From Octopus bimaculoides (lineage: Eukaryota): a stretch of DNA of 64,000 bases. The stretch is taken from contig NC_068988.1 in the NCBI RefSeq assembly GCF_001194135.2, forward strand, positions 70,080,580 through 70,144,579. The letters are read 5' to 3'. Shown in pieces: positions 24,648 to 38,732 of this stretch. Position 1 is the first letter of the stretch. The number at the start of each line of letters is the position of its first letter. The notes below the pieces were generated by a model. It ran no database searches. It was not told where the DNA came from and saw nothing but the letters and a program-made list of their open reading frames with translations. The translations under genes and the position numbers were made by a program.

Positions 24648-24815
24648 AAGCAGGCTTCTCAAAACCAGAAAGGAGAAAGCTCATTCGAAGACTACAGATC
24701 CAATCCATCACTGGAACCGTAAAAATCTGTAAAACTTCTCCAGAAGATTATCATTCAAATATGTTAGCATGTCTAGATATGAAACTATAAGTATGAGAAT
24801 ACATACATAAAGCAA
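24648..24815 (+). mobile_element. Second R4/Dong-like 3' end (different subfamily) terminating in (CATA)n
   Basis: GFSKPERRKLIRRLQIQSITGTVKICKT is homologous to the preceding copy's C-terminus but has a different UTR; followed by catacatacatacata. Confidence 0.8.
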
Positions 24816-24962
24816 ACATACATACATACATACGTATATACATAGACGTACATGCTTGCACTCGCACAAGCACACTTTTATGCACAAACACACGAGCACA
24901 CGAACAGACACTAAGGTAGACATACAACCTGCAAATCACATATACTCAAACGTACACAACAA

Positions 24963-24994
<32 letters not shown>

Positions 24995-24995
24995 G

Positions 24996-25064
<69 letters not shown>

Positions 25065-27169
25065 AGAGTTACAAATAGGCTGTGACAGGTTTTTAGTCCA
25101 CAAGTTCATTATTGCAGGACATTTAAAGACGATTAGTAAAACTCAGGGAATGAAAAAATCGTATATTAATTACAAATTAAAATGGAAAGATCTATTAAGA
25201 AGACGAAAATATTGCAACGATATTCAATTGTAGCGACTGAACTGATAATTACTTGCAAAATTAATGGAAATCTTCCTCCCATTCTCCTTCTCTTCTACAC
25301 TCGTTTCGTATTTTTCTCCTAATCTATTCCTCTTTCCCTAATCTTATTCCGAGGGTAAAAGTATATGTGTTGGATATGTTGTTTACTCTCTCAGTAAGAC
25401 ACAACTTTTTTTCCCCCGAAAGTGGTCTACAAACTTCACGAGAAAAATGCATGAACCAATTATAAATTTAGTTTTACATCCTTTTAGATTTCAGATTACG
25501 CTGCGAAAATTAATACTTATTTATTCATATTGTTCTTGAGATTTCGATGATGTAATTGTTTATTTTAAGAATGACATTGTAGGGTAGGTGTGAGTGAACA
25601 GTTGTGACTGATTTGAACAAAAACAGGTAGAACATTTGGGTCGGATATGACCGGTTTAAATGGTAAAGGGGTGATTATATTATATCGCAAAACATTAGAC
25701 AAATATATTAAATTAAGAAATTCATCATGTATGATAAAATACATGAACAATCATGTGTAAAATACGCTTGCTTTTAAATGATATACAATTTAGATTGTAT
25801 TATGTACAAGTCAGTGACTTGCTTGGTCGAATGAATCTAGTGTGAAGCTTGAAGACATTAGTAAGGACTACTGATGATCCATCTTTATCAAACTGTGCTA
25901 TATTGCATAGTGACAGCTCTTAAAAATATACAGTAAATGAAGTAGACGGAGTTTAGGGAGATAAATCAATTATACAACCTGGAGTATGCAGACTTCAACT
26001 GGAAAAAGACCAAACCAATATAGTGTAGATAAGATCTCGCTGTTATGGATACGACAGCATTACATGAAAAGAACAACGAGAGCTATTCTCTGTAGCAGGG
26101 AAAGGGTACAGTATTGTGCACTCATGAGATCATTAAAAAATACTGGACAAATTAAATAATAGAAATATTGAGAAAACACATCTTCAGTGTGGTACTAAGT
26201 TGATCATAGTGATCAACTTAGAATATATTTCGCTAACTTGAGCGAAATTAGTTCGTAACATTATCATTAAAGAAACAACTCACACTGCACAACATTTAGA
26301 AATACATTTCAAGCAGAAGGAAAATTTGATATGTACAAACTGTTCAGGATGCTTACTAGTTACTTATTTTCTTAGATAAGCAAACAGTTTCATATAACAT
26401 AACAAGGCCTTTCTGCTGTTTCTATTTAATTAAAGCTATTCTGACAATATTCTTATGCCACCATTCTAATTCTGAATCGTTCTATATTTTCTAATTATGT
26501 TTCAAAAACCTGTTGCAAATACCATGCCCCAAAATTAATTAGTTTCCGTAATTCTTTTTAAGATGACCATATACTTTTCAGAATGCTTTAGACCCGTCAT
26601 ATTTTTATCGCTTCGAGCATATACAGTTGTTGGTCATATTTTCTCTATGTTTTTGTGTGTCTACATCCATACAGTAGTAAACATAGAAAAGCCATAAAAT
26701 CTTACAGAAGAAAAATCTTAGAAAATATACATATGTTGCTAATCACACAATATATTTTTATAAATGAAGAAAGTACTATTTTGAACGATTTGTAGCATTT
26801 TGTTTTAATTCTTCGTTTGAATAAATGTTGTAGCACTGATAAAAAACATAGAGCACAAACGTTATTCTCGTAAACGCTTATAAAATGACGTCCAAACAAT
26901 ATCTGTTTAGACTTTTGCAGATGCTTTTGAACTTTATACAAGCCATAAAAATTAAATATTCAAATATTGATTTCATAAGATCATATAACGAACATTAAGA
27001 AGCCAAATTTATTCATGATAATCACATACAGAATTATTTCCATACGGGACTTAGCGTCAACTTTAAAAAAGAATTCTAAAATACTTTAGTATTGAAATGT
27101 GGGTTTTGAGTTCAAATCCAAGGATATACGCAAAAATATATATCATTCATATATATATGGTGTTTATCT

Positions 27170-27530
27170 TTTTACTGCAGCCTTGAGGGAGTTAACTCGA
27201 ACGAAGCGACCACTGTACTTTCTTTTAAAAGGCTGGTACATATTCTACTAGTCTTTTTTGCTGAACCGTTACACCACGGGGACGTAACAAGCCAAAACCA
27301 ATTGTCAAACGATGGTGGAGACAAGCACATACACAAAGACAAGCATACAGCGGTTGCGTATAAGAGATGGAGAGAGATAGAGACGACGGGCTTCTTTCAG
27401 TTTCTGTCTAACTAATCCACTCACAAGGCTTTGGTCGGCCCGAATCTATTGTAGAATACACTTGCTGAAGGTTCCACCAGTGCAACTGAATCAAGTTCAA
27501 AGTGGTTGTGAAACAAATTACTTACCATAC
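27170..27530 (-). mobile_element. Family B SINE
   Basis: gacgacgggcttctttcagtttctgtct...ccactcacaaggctttggtcggcccg. Confidence 0.8.
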
Positions 27531-28139
27531 GGCAACACCTGCGCTTTCCCACACATGTGTGGGTGTATATGCAGAAATAGAACACAAAAGAAACCAAACA
27601 TCGAATCAAATAGGCAATACATCGAATACTCTTGCTCATTTCAGAACTTTTATACGTACATAAGTATGAACAAGATATGGTTCGAGAAAACACGCTTATT
27701 ACATAATACAACCGTTTTATCTCCTCTAGCAACTCGAGACAGCTTTTCCAACGCGTGAAATTAATTCTGAAGCACGACTGACTCTTCACTCTTCCAGAGA
27801 CTCAATGCACTATTGAGAGTATGACTCCAAGTCACCCAGAAATGTACATTAGAAACATCCCTTACAGTAGCAGTGCTGGTCCAGCCTTTCCCTGGAACTC
27901 AGATGTCACCCAGATATCCACTGGGGACAATAGTAAAATCAACAAACACAAACCATGTAACCATATCCAACAGTGCAACCATAACTCCAGACACCAACCC
28001 CTACCAAAACGAGAAAATTCTGTTTTAGCCATGATGAATCTGGCAAAAAATATTACAAGAAAAATGTTTTAGCTTTCATACAGTATTAACCTCTACAGTT
28101 ACCCCACCGCTGCTGTCATTAATCCACACACCCAGCTCA

Positions 28140-31010
28140 ATAATAATGCTGAATGTACATGATCTTTCACAATTCACAAATCAAACAAAAATATCATATC
28201 TCAGAGATCTTGCACACAGAGAAAAGGCAATATGTGTAGCACTAAGTGAAACACACCTGACGTCAGACATATTGGATGCGAAAGTGCATATGTCAGGTTA
28301 TTTATTACACAGAACTGACCGCATACGGAAAGAAGGAGTAGCGCTCTTCATCTGTGAAAATCTGGCAACAAATGTCCTCCTCTCCTATTCTAACAGTTTG
28401 CGATACACTAATAATTCAAGTGATTGACCTTGATTTGATCAAAGGCATTACTCACCGTCCTCCTGATGCGGCTAACCACGGAGATCACTTCAGTAATGCT
28501 TTGTCGATCATAAGTCAGACCCTAAGTGAGGCCAGCCCACAGGCCAATGTACTTTTAATTAAAAGGGGACTTTAATTTTCCTAGTCTCAGCTAGTCCGAG
28601 AACTACATCCAGCCGGAAACTATACAAGAGAGATATGAACACCCTCGCGATACCACTAATGACTTTCTCATGCAACAAATCATTACTTCTCTAATTTAGG
28701 TAAATGACACACTCGACCTAGACTTTACTACCTATACAAACTTCATTCACAATATTCATGTAATTTCAACAGCTATTTCTGACGACAACATTATACAATT
28801 ATCTATGTATGGTTCAAAGTGGGCAACACATACACACAAATAATATCAAGCATAATTCATTCCTCATGCACTTGAATTTCAGGAATCCAAGTGGACGGAA
28901 ATTGAAACAAATTGGTCTCAGCATATTGGCAACCTCAATGTTAATGAGGAATGAACCTTCTGTACGAAGCGTTAATCAAGGTCTGTCGAAAGTATGTCGA
29001 TTCCCGGAAAAACATGATTTAACGAGATAGACGGATACTAATACGTAACAGAATCAAACTAACAAAACAACTAAAAAAAAACCAAACTCTCTCAACAAAT
29101 GAGATAGCGAAAAAAGAAAAAAAACAAATAACATCTCACTGGACCTAAAAATACTTTAGGAAACATAAACTTCGCTAAAGGAACATCGAACAGTAGAGAA
29201 TATAAAGTCTAATGCCAAGTTCTTTTTCCCCTTTGCTACGCAAAAATCTTCTACACACAACTAGTTTGGCCGTCTAATGGAGCTAAATGGATCATATACT
29301 AATTCTCCATAACAAAAACGCGGACTCTTGAGTTGATATAACAGTGTACATATTTTCCCAGCCTGTAAAAAATAAAATAGTACATAATCCAAACGAATTG
29401 CTTTGCCCCAGAATTCAACTGCAGAGACGTGTCGAGAAATGGATGATATTATGGAAGATGATATAGTTGCAGCTAGTAATGACCTATATTCAAGCTCAGC
29501 ATCTGAACCAGATGGTCTCTCAACCATATTGTTAAAAACGTGCAAAAACAGACTCGCCAAACCATTAAAGACGCTATCTCAAAAGTTGCTTGATACCGGC
29601 ATATTCTCAGAATTACTGAAGGACACAATAGTAAGACCTATACACAATGGAGGCAGCAGGGCTGAAACTAAAAATTACAGACATCTCACATCTCATACAT
29701 TCGAAATTGTTGAACGCATTGTTCGAAAAAGAATAATTACGTCCCTTGAGGAAAACAACTTCTTAAATGATATATGGTTTTCGGTTTGGACGAAGTTATC
29801 TGACACAACTATTATAGCACCTTAACGCAATCCTCAGTAATCTCTTGAAAGGAAGGAACTCTGATTGTATATACCTTGATTTTACAAAGCATTTGACAAG
29901 ATTGGCCATGGAATCAGGTTTTATAGGTTAAAGGATCTCGGCACCACAAATAAACTCGGAAAATGGCGCTTCTATTTCCTACGTGCTAGAAATCAATCTG
30001 CTGCTATAAATGGTTTTCCCTCTGCAAAGGCACCTGTATTAAGTAACGTACCCCCAAGGCACGGTTCAAGGACCATTATTATTTACCATCACCCTATCAG
30101 GTATAATCTCACAAGTGCATTCGGTCAAACTAACGAGTTACGCTGATGGCACAAACATATCGATGACAATCCAAATTCCAGAAGATGGTGTCACACTCCA
30201 ATATGAGCTAAATCTGATTTATCAATGGGCAGATAAAAACAAAACAAAATTTGAAACTTAATCTATCAAAATTTCATATTCTTCAATTTGGAGGAAATAC
30301 ACACAAATCCACAATATTTGACATAAGATAACATAATGATTCAGAACGCGGCTTAGAAGTAATGATGTCAAATTATGTATCTCATTCGGGGCTTAGAAGT
30401 AGTGATGTCAAATTATGTATTTTTCATCAGCCACATCACCAAACTTACTTCTAAATGCAGACATCTCATAGGATTCACCCTATGAAACAGCGTGACAAGA
30501 GAACTGGTAGGTATGTTGACTTTTGGAAAACCTTAGTTTTGAGCTGAATAGATTACAGCTCACACCATTTTTTCTCCGAACTCATCCCGTCTCATAGAAG
30601 AAATTGAAGTGTTACAAAGCACGTTCACCAGTAAAATAACTTCGGTTAAAGTCCTTAATTACTGGGAACATCTAAAAGATTTGCGTCTCTACTCTCCTGA
30701 ACGCCGAAGTGAGAGAGATATGCTATCATATATGCATGGAAAATCTTGGAGAAGCATGTTCCAAACTTCGGCATTAGAGGAACTATTAATGTACGAACTG
30801 GTAGATGCTGTCAGCTTCCAAATATACCACCTTCGATATCACAGGCAAAAGCACTATTGTACCAGTCCTGTATTCGGTGGCCTTCAACTGTTCAACACCT
30901 ACCAAAAGAAGTCAGAAGTATAAAAGGGACTTCTACTGAGGCATTAAAGAACTTTGGATAAACTCCTAACGACGATACCGGTGCATTCAACCATTTAAGG
31001 GTACATTCAG
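28140..31010 (+). mobile_element. CR1-clade (Zenon-like) LINE, decayed ORF2 with APE endonuclease and RT
   Basis: VALSETHLTSDILDA...GYLLHRTDR..KEGVAL (APE); SASEPDGLSTILLKTCK..LAKPL...VRPIHNGGSRAETKNYR; the later gvPQGTV-like, YADG-like and LKDLRLYSPERR segments; many frameshifts. Confidence 0.9.
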
Positions 31011-31199
31011 AGAAGATCAATCTGTATCAAAAATCAACTTTCAGTCATAAAGTGACAACAAAACAAAGATTACGATGAATTAATACATCGCATCACTATT
31101 ATTTCACCATTACTCTTAAGTTAAGGCTCATCAGGTATGAACGCAATGAATTTACACATTTTTATATGCACTCCTCGGATATTCAAGGATACCCAGATG

Positions 31200-34040
31200 T
31201 ATCTTCAGTAATACGATCGGTTTCCGCCATAAACTCGTGCCTGGTAGCTGATATCTGTAGATGGGCTTTCGTAAGCAAACAAGGTTCATGCCTAAATTGA
31301 GCCTCAGCATCGCAAACTGCAATTTTTTTTTCCACTCCTCTACTTTGGGCTAGAGATGCTGTGATTTGGTTCGCGCAAATGGAACTTCAATTTTTAGCCA
31401 ACAAATACAGTCAGAATCTCATTAACACGATATATTAATAAATGTTCTTCAACGACCCGAAGCGGTGAGCTAAATGACGTAATTACAGCACTTACAGGTG
31501 CAATTTCATATCAGGAAATTAAATTAGAGATATTAAAACGCACGTCCAGTTCTCTTAGCATTTCGATGAACGTCTTCCCAGTGAAACCTTGGAGGATAAA
31601 AGGCCTTCAAAACTATTACGAAGAGTGAAGGACCTTCTATTTCCCAAATGAATCTATCTTTCATGAAATATTTGTTCCTTTCACGTTTACTGTCAAATGT
31701 ATAGACAATTATAGCATCTATTAGAGACTGTAGTTTTGTTGATAAACTAGCATAGTTAGCGATATATCACCTCTAGCTCCGTCTACTCCTTTCAGCTTGC
31801 TTTATTTCTTCAGAAATGGCAGCGTTCTTTAAGTTTACCGAAGACATGTAAAAAATCGAACAGCTTGGAGCACTTTTTCTGCGCATTCGATTTTACGTTC
31901 CAGAAAATTGGTGAGGATAAACGCTCCTCTAGTTTTTGTAGGAGAAATCCTACAGTGTTGGTATCGCAGGCTCATTGCTACGTGCCCCCTTGGTCTTTTA
32001 AATCTGCTTCCAAGCAACCGAAAAACGTAGACGCCAAACAATAATGTTAACTGTATCCCTGGTACTTCTAAAATAAGTCGCTTAGTTTATCTTTCTGACT
32101 CTCTTCGAAATCTCGTTCGTCTTAGACGTCTTACTCTAGCCAGAATGAAAATTGATGAAGATGCATTTAACCGAAACTCTGTATTATTCAAACTTCTTCT
32201 AGTAATTGATCTCCTCTTTATGTAGTACCGAAAGATAGTGAAGTTGATTGGCATCTCTATGGGAATTATAAGATTTTAAATGCCAAAATGGTGTCAGATA
32301 AATATCCTATTCCTGACATTCCTGATTGTTTATCTCCTCTGCATAGAGATAGAGTTGTTTTGAAGATATCGAGATTTCGATATAATCCAGTCACATTCAT
32401 ACGACATCTGTTATCACATCTTTTAGACTACATGAATTCGTCAGAATGCCTTATGGGATCAGGAATTCTGCAAATGTCTGCTAGATTTATTGATGAATTG
32501 AACCACAGTTTTAATTCTGCTTTCTTTTTTATATCAATGATTTATTGGTCACTACCACTTCGGAATCGGAACACGAATATCAGGTAAATAATCTCTTTAC
32601 TAAATTAGCACATTACGGAGTTTTTATTAACCCTAGTAAATGTCTCTTAGTTGTTTCAACTTAAATCTTTTTAGACCACAACACTGTTAGCAGTGTTTTA
32701 GTACTATGATAGAAAGAGTAGAGATAATTGTACGATTTCCAACTCCTACTTCGATATGAATATTACATGAATCTCTTGGCTTAATGAATTTCTACAGATG
32801 GCTTATTTCTCTCTGTGCTGAAACGACTGAATTGTTTCGCAAAATGACAGTCGCTTAAGATGACAAAGAAATTATTCAGGCCACTTTATTGACTCACCCG
32901 ATATCCGATGGATCCTTTTTTCTGCCAGTGAATGCTCCTGACGTGGGAATTGGTTTTTTACGACGAGTTATTCAAGATTCTTGGCGATTTTGTTTCTGTT
33001 TTTCTTGAAGCGTTTGAAACTGACTGAGTCTAGACATAGTACTTTCGGTTGGAATTGTTAGCAGTATATTAATCAGTTAAGCACTTTCACCATTTTCAGG
33101 AAGGAAGAAACTTTGTCATATATGCTGGTCATGAACCTTTAACTTTGCTTTTCAGTCTAAACTTGGTAAATATTCTCCAAGGGTAATTAAGTATCTTGAT
33201 TTTGTATTGCAGATAACGACCGATATTTGTTATATCAATGGATCTAATAAATACACAGTTGATGCTACATCCTGAGTTCACGTGAATTCTCTGCACTCCA
33301 GTGATTCTATTGATTTGGAAAAAAGGCTATGGACATAGAATCAGATGAAGAACTAGTACAGTTAAATAATTCCGTGGCACCTTCTTTAGAGTTCTGTCCT
33401 GTTATTCTGCCTATTTCAACAAAATATATTTGGTGTGATATTTCTACTGGTCTTCAACAAACTTCTAAGCCTCCTAAATATAGAAACTCAGTCTGCTCTT
33501 TATAATTTATCCCGTCTATGATTTGCAACATCGAAAAATTCATTTCAGCTTGATTCGTTTAGCCAATTATAAACAGAAATACTCATTATCGGAAAAGGAA
33601 TAGTGTATTTCATCAAACAAAAAAAGTTCATCAACGCATGAGAGATCACACAGGAATTTCTGCCACACTGGATGCTCATTTTCAACACATACACGCAAAT
33701 CTTCTTGGATCCTTATCACCTATTCAGCACTTTACGTATCTGATGGTCTGTATTGATTGTTTCTGTAAGTGGCCTGAAACCGTTCCGTGTAGAGGTTTTT
33801 CATCTGTAACGGTAGCGTAAGTGTTGTTTTCCGCAGGATTTCACGTTTTGGAACTTCAGCAACAATAACAACCCACAGAGGCCATCAATTCGAATCTAGT
33901 TTTTCACTCAGCTAAGCAAATTGCCGAGCACAAAGTGGATTCGTTCTACAGCCTATCATTCTGAGGCAAAGAAATTGCTAGAACGTTTCCACCACCAACT
34001 AAAACATTATTTAATGCATGTGGCAACACCAATGGATGGT
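31200..34040 (+). mobile_element. Gypsy/Ty3 LTR retrotransposon internal region, decayed
   Basis: Gag-like LWARDAVIWFAQMELQF (~31345); RT start DKYPIPDI (~32297); integrase HIHANLLGSL...YLMVCIDCFCKWPETVP and RSTAYHSEAKKLLERFHHQLK. LTRs not identified. Confidence 0.85.
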
Positions 34041-34084
34041 TGGAATTTTGGAACATTTGTCTTTTATTCTATTTTACTCTTTAC

Positions 34085-34488
34085 TCTATTTACTCTTTTA
34101 CTTGTTTCAGTTATTTGACTGCGGCCATGCTGGAGCACCGCCTTTAGTCGAGCAAATCGACTCCAGGACTTATTCTTTGGATGCCTAGTACTTATTCTAT
34201 CGGTCTCTTTTGCCGAACTGCTAAGTTACGGGGACCTAAATACACCACCATCGGTTGTCAAGCGATGTTGGGGGGACAAACACAGACACACAAACATATA
34301 CATATATATATATGCATATATACGACAGGCTTCTTTCAGTTTCCGTCTACCAAATCCACTCACAAGGCTTTGGTCGGCCCGAGGCTATAGTAGAAGACAC
34401 TCACCCATGGTGCCACGCAGTGGGAATGAACCCGGAACCATGTGGTTGGTAAGCAAGCTACTTACCACACAGCCACTCCTGCGCCTAT
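34085..34488 (-). mobile_element. Near-complete family B SINE
   Basis: Minus strand: taggcgcaggagtggctgtgtggtaagtagcttgc...ggttccgggttcattcccactgcgtggcacc (tRNA-like head), internal (TA)/(TG) repeat, tail gtcaaataactgaaacaagtaaaagagtaaatagag. Confidence 0.9.
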
Positions 34489-35739
34489 ATTTTGTCGAAG
34501 AAAACTGATAAAGGCTGACCTAAAACAATTCCAGCGGAATTGTTTTATGACATCACCTTTGTTTCCCAACCGGAAAGATGCTGACAATTGTCATCACAGT
34601 CATACAACCCACCATCATCATTCTATCACAACCTGGTCTCATGCATTTGTCTGTAACGAAGCGGTGCAAGTGCCTCTACATTCACCATATACCAGATTTT
34701 ATCGTGTCTTACAGGCATGGTATAAATGTATTATCAATGCATATATTAAAAAAGAGACAGCGTCGATAGAATTTTAAAATGTGTACATTGATGTAAATGC
34801 GACTGAAACAGTCACATCTTTACACATAACATCAAAATCACTTATACATAAACAGACACCCTCAGGACACAAAGTTATTGCTCCTAAAAAAGATATTATT
34901 ACTAAAACTGACTGGCGAATACATTGATCTTTTAATTACACACACATGTATTATGTATAGTATCATGTATATATGCTATAACAATTTATACATATAGTGG
35001 ACTATTCTGAACTTTGTATCTATTGTGAACTTGTCGTTATGTTTTATGATATGATACGTATTTCTTCTAGTGGTTCTAACTACTGATCTTTTTGGTATGT
35101 GTAAATGTTTTCATTTCGTCTGCGTTATAACAAATTCACTGCAAGTGGATTCTTGTAACGAGGCTCCAACTGAATTTTGAACCTTTACTTTGGGATTTCC
35201 TAGCTCACGACCACGGCCTACCGTACTGCAAAAAAAAAATTTAAAAAAGGCAAGGCCAGATTAGTAAAAATGTGCTGCCATAAAAGGCATTAACATCTAC
35301 ACAAACATGGCTCAGTCAGTCATATCAGCTGGTGTGTAACTAAGTGAACCGAAATCTTACCACCAAATACTATATTCAAAGTTTCTTGAAGCCCTGTGGG
35401 GCGTTATAAAAACTGGGATTTTTAGTTCTTTGATAGAATAGCCTCAGGTGACATACAGAACCCTTTTGGTAAATTTTATGATAAGTTATTCTCGGTTATT
35501 CTATTTACTCTTTCTCTAATAAACATGAACGATTTTCGTATAGATAATTAAAATATTTTATACAATAATAAAGACTTAACTGTCACAGTGACAGTGGTTA
35601 AGATACCTGCTTTTCTACCTCGCAGTTTAGAGTTCAATCCCACTGTGCGGCACATTAGGAAAATGTCTTCTACCATGGCCCCGGGCCGACAAGTGCTTTC
35701 GTAGACGGAAACTGCGTGGAATCTCATTATATATATTTT

Positions 35740-35935
35740 TATTTCTTTATTACCCACATGGGGTTAAACATAGAGGGGACAAACAAGAACAGACAAAGGG
35801 ATTAAGTCGATTACATGAACCCTAGTGCGTAACTGGTATTTAATTTCATCGACCCCGGGCGGAATTTGAACTCAACGTAACGAAATACCGCTAAGCATTT
35901 CGCCGGGCGTACTAACGATTTTGACAATTCGCAGT
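35740..35935 (-). mobile_element. Family A SINE with the Tx1-like tail
   Basis: atttctttattacccacatggggttaaacatagaggggacaaacaagaacagacaaagggattaagtcga. Confidence 0.85.
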
Positions 35936-36822
35936 CCTTATATNNNNNNNNNNNNNNNNNNNNNNNNNNNNNNNNNNNNNNNNNNNNNNNNNNNNNNNNN
36001 NNNNNNNNNNNNNNNNTATATAAGTTATGGCATATTCTGTGAAGAACGTTTAAAGTATAAAGCTCGTCCACCTTCAGATTCAACCCTGTGCTATCCAGTA
36101 GTAGTATAATACGTACTTCCTGGTTTGCGTTTGGGCTTCTGTCGTGTGTGAACATATAACTGAAAAAGTTTGGAGTCAACAAGAAGGAGTACGGTTGGAC
36201 ATTTATTTTCAGTCACTACAATTGTTTCTACGCAACATACTTCTCTAGGCGTGCAGGTACTTGATTATGCAACCGTTTCCCTGTGTCATAAGATCTAGTT
36301 GTATTTCCCGCGGCGATATGTAAACATTGTTTCCGTAAGTTCAAATTCTCGGCTTCAAGAGCATCCTCTCTGTCTGTCGTGGCCTGAAGTTAGTAGTAAC
36401 TACTGGGTTTATCAAAGGTGTGTTGTTGGCAAACTGCTTTAAATGTATAGATGTAGTGGGGCGGCGATTCTGTTACTGTTAAAGTGGTTGCATTTTTAAA
36501 GGCAATGACATTTGATTTTATTTATACTGCTGATTTGTTCTTCATGGTTGGTTACACATGCGATTGTCCTTAGCTAACCTTTAAGAATCGGTATTTACGT
36601 ACATATACATGGTCGTTCACATATACATCTATGTATCTACTAATGTTCGGACACATACACACACACTCACGCACACACACGCACATACGTACATGCATAT
36701 ATACGCACACACACATATATACGGATATGTACGCGCACGCACATAAATACACATACACATCTATGTACATATATACAATTGCACGCATATACGTACACAG
36801 AGGCGCGTGTGCATATATATAA

Positions 36823-37687
36823 ATAGAGTGCAGTGAATAAACTGTCGTCTAAATTACGCAAAAATGAAAATAACACAGACAACTCATTTTAATAGATATA
36901 TTTACCAAAATTACATAAAAATATCTAGAAATATTTCACAGTAAATATATTCAATAAAATCACCATTAGCTTCAACCACGGTCGCCAGACGACTTCTGAA
37001 ACTCTTCTGGACGGTCTCCTTGTTTAAGTTGGTGATTGCTGCCATAATCCTTGCCTTCAGTTAATCTTTGGTGTTAGAAGGAGTTTTGTTGGTCTCTCGC
37101 TCAACTGCGCCCCACACAGTCTAGGGAGTTAGGTGGCCAAATGCTAGGGGTGATGTGGTCGCAGAAATTGTCTGACAGCCCTGAGTGGGTTCACCTGGTT
37201 GTGTGGCATGGTGCAGACTCCTGTTGCCAGATATAGCGTCTTCCAGTAGCCACTCTCTTGACCTAGGGCAGCACTACCTCCTCCAGGCACTTGATGTAGG
37301 CCTGCGAGTAGAGTCTGAGGCCCTGTGGGAAGACGAATGGAGGTATAACGTCTCCATTACGAGTGATCATCCTAAACACCATGATGTTGACTGGATGCTT
37401 GATTTTTATCACTCTCGGTACATGTCCTCAGATTGCACTATCCTCAGATTGACACTCAAACACTCTGAAATGTTAATGTTCGTATTGGAGCTTCCGGCGC
37501 GAATGCCAAGCAGTACAGCATATCACGTCCAAATTTCTGGCAGAGTGAATTATGTCATGGTGCTGTTTTTCTCATGGATGGTGTTCAGCTGACCCTACTA
37601 TAATGTAGTCGACAAAGTCAAAAACAATAATCATGCACGAAATAAAAAATACAAAATGGCAACAGTTTACCCATTACACCCTCTGTA
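36823..37687 (-). mobile_element. Internally deleted maT/DD37D-like Tc1-mariner element
   Basis: Minus strand IWPPNS..CVWGAVERETNKTPSNTKD*LKARIMAAITNLNKETVQKSFRSRLATVVEANGDFIE*. Imperfect TIRs gagtgcagtgaataaactgtcg and (rc) gggtgtaatgggtaaactgttg, with TA near each end. Confidence 0.85.
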
Positions 37688-38109
37688 TGCGCGCATGCGC
37701 GCGTATGTGCATGTGTGTACACTACAAGGATCTTAGAATAATACCCACGCAAATATTAAAAACGGTAGATATATCTAGAACAGTTGCTTCCCATAAATTT
37801 ATTTAGAACAATTCCAACCACTACTGCTACAACCACAACAGGCTACTTTTATCTTTTACATGCTTCAGTCATTAGATTGCGGCCATACTGGAGTACCACC
37901 TCGATGAACTGTAGTCGGAAGATTCGACTCTAGTACGTATTTTGTAAAGATTAGTACTTATTTTGTAACACTAAGTTAGGGGGACGCAAACACACCAAAA
38001 CACAAACATAAAACATACACAGACACACAAATATAGATACGACGGGTTTCTTACCACACGCAGTCACGCCTGCGCCTTCTTACCACACAGCCTAAGCTCT
38101 CAAGCATTA

Positions 38110-38420
38110 ATGAGCTTTTCTAATCAGGTAGTTGAATATTCTGTTGCGATTAGGTGTCCATTCTTTGAGCAAGAATCGCCGAGGAAATATGACGAAATGA
38201 GTGAGTTATGCGCCCAATCCTCCTTACCGTATAACTACCCCACCACTATCTGAGTGGTCACTCAACCTACTAGAAATTGCTGCTACTTATTCCTTATTAC
38301 ATCTCAATGCCCTTAAAATTGAGATCACATTGGATTATATATTCCGACAGGCACTGTGCCAGAAAAGAAAGACTTCATGACTTTTCTTGACTGTTAGACG
38401 TGGGTATACACAATCAAAAC
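38110..38420 (-). mobile_element. Old dispersed repeat (probable SINE); second copy at about 42012-42330
   Basis: aatcaggtagttgaa.attctgttg...tatctgagtggtcactca.cctacta.aaat.gctgctac...gatcacattggatta is shared between the two loci. Confidence 0.65.
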
Positions 38421-38732
38421 TGAAATCGGGCTGAGTAAACTCTGACATTATCACTACATTGAATATATTTTTTTCTTTGGTAGTATTTCTTCCATGTCCT
38501 TACGTTTTGAGTTTAAATACTGCTGAGGTTAATTTTACCTTTCATCGATAGAAATAGAGTACCAGTTAAGTACTTGGATATACCTGATTTACTCTGTTCT
38601 AAAACTACTGGCATTGTGTCAAAATTTGAAGCTACTACAATTTTTATTACCTTCATTGTCATGAACCGCAATTTTCATCTCGGTAACACATTAATACCAC
38701 TTTTCTATATCATTATTTGCACATTAACTGTC

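Noticed and set aside
35110-35226. Acceptor followed by TVGRGRELGNPK...TQTK* (similarly RCLCVSLLHKK...DPVK* near 53590-53705)
   Set aside because: Short frames after an AG are expected by chance, and there is no homology evidence.
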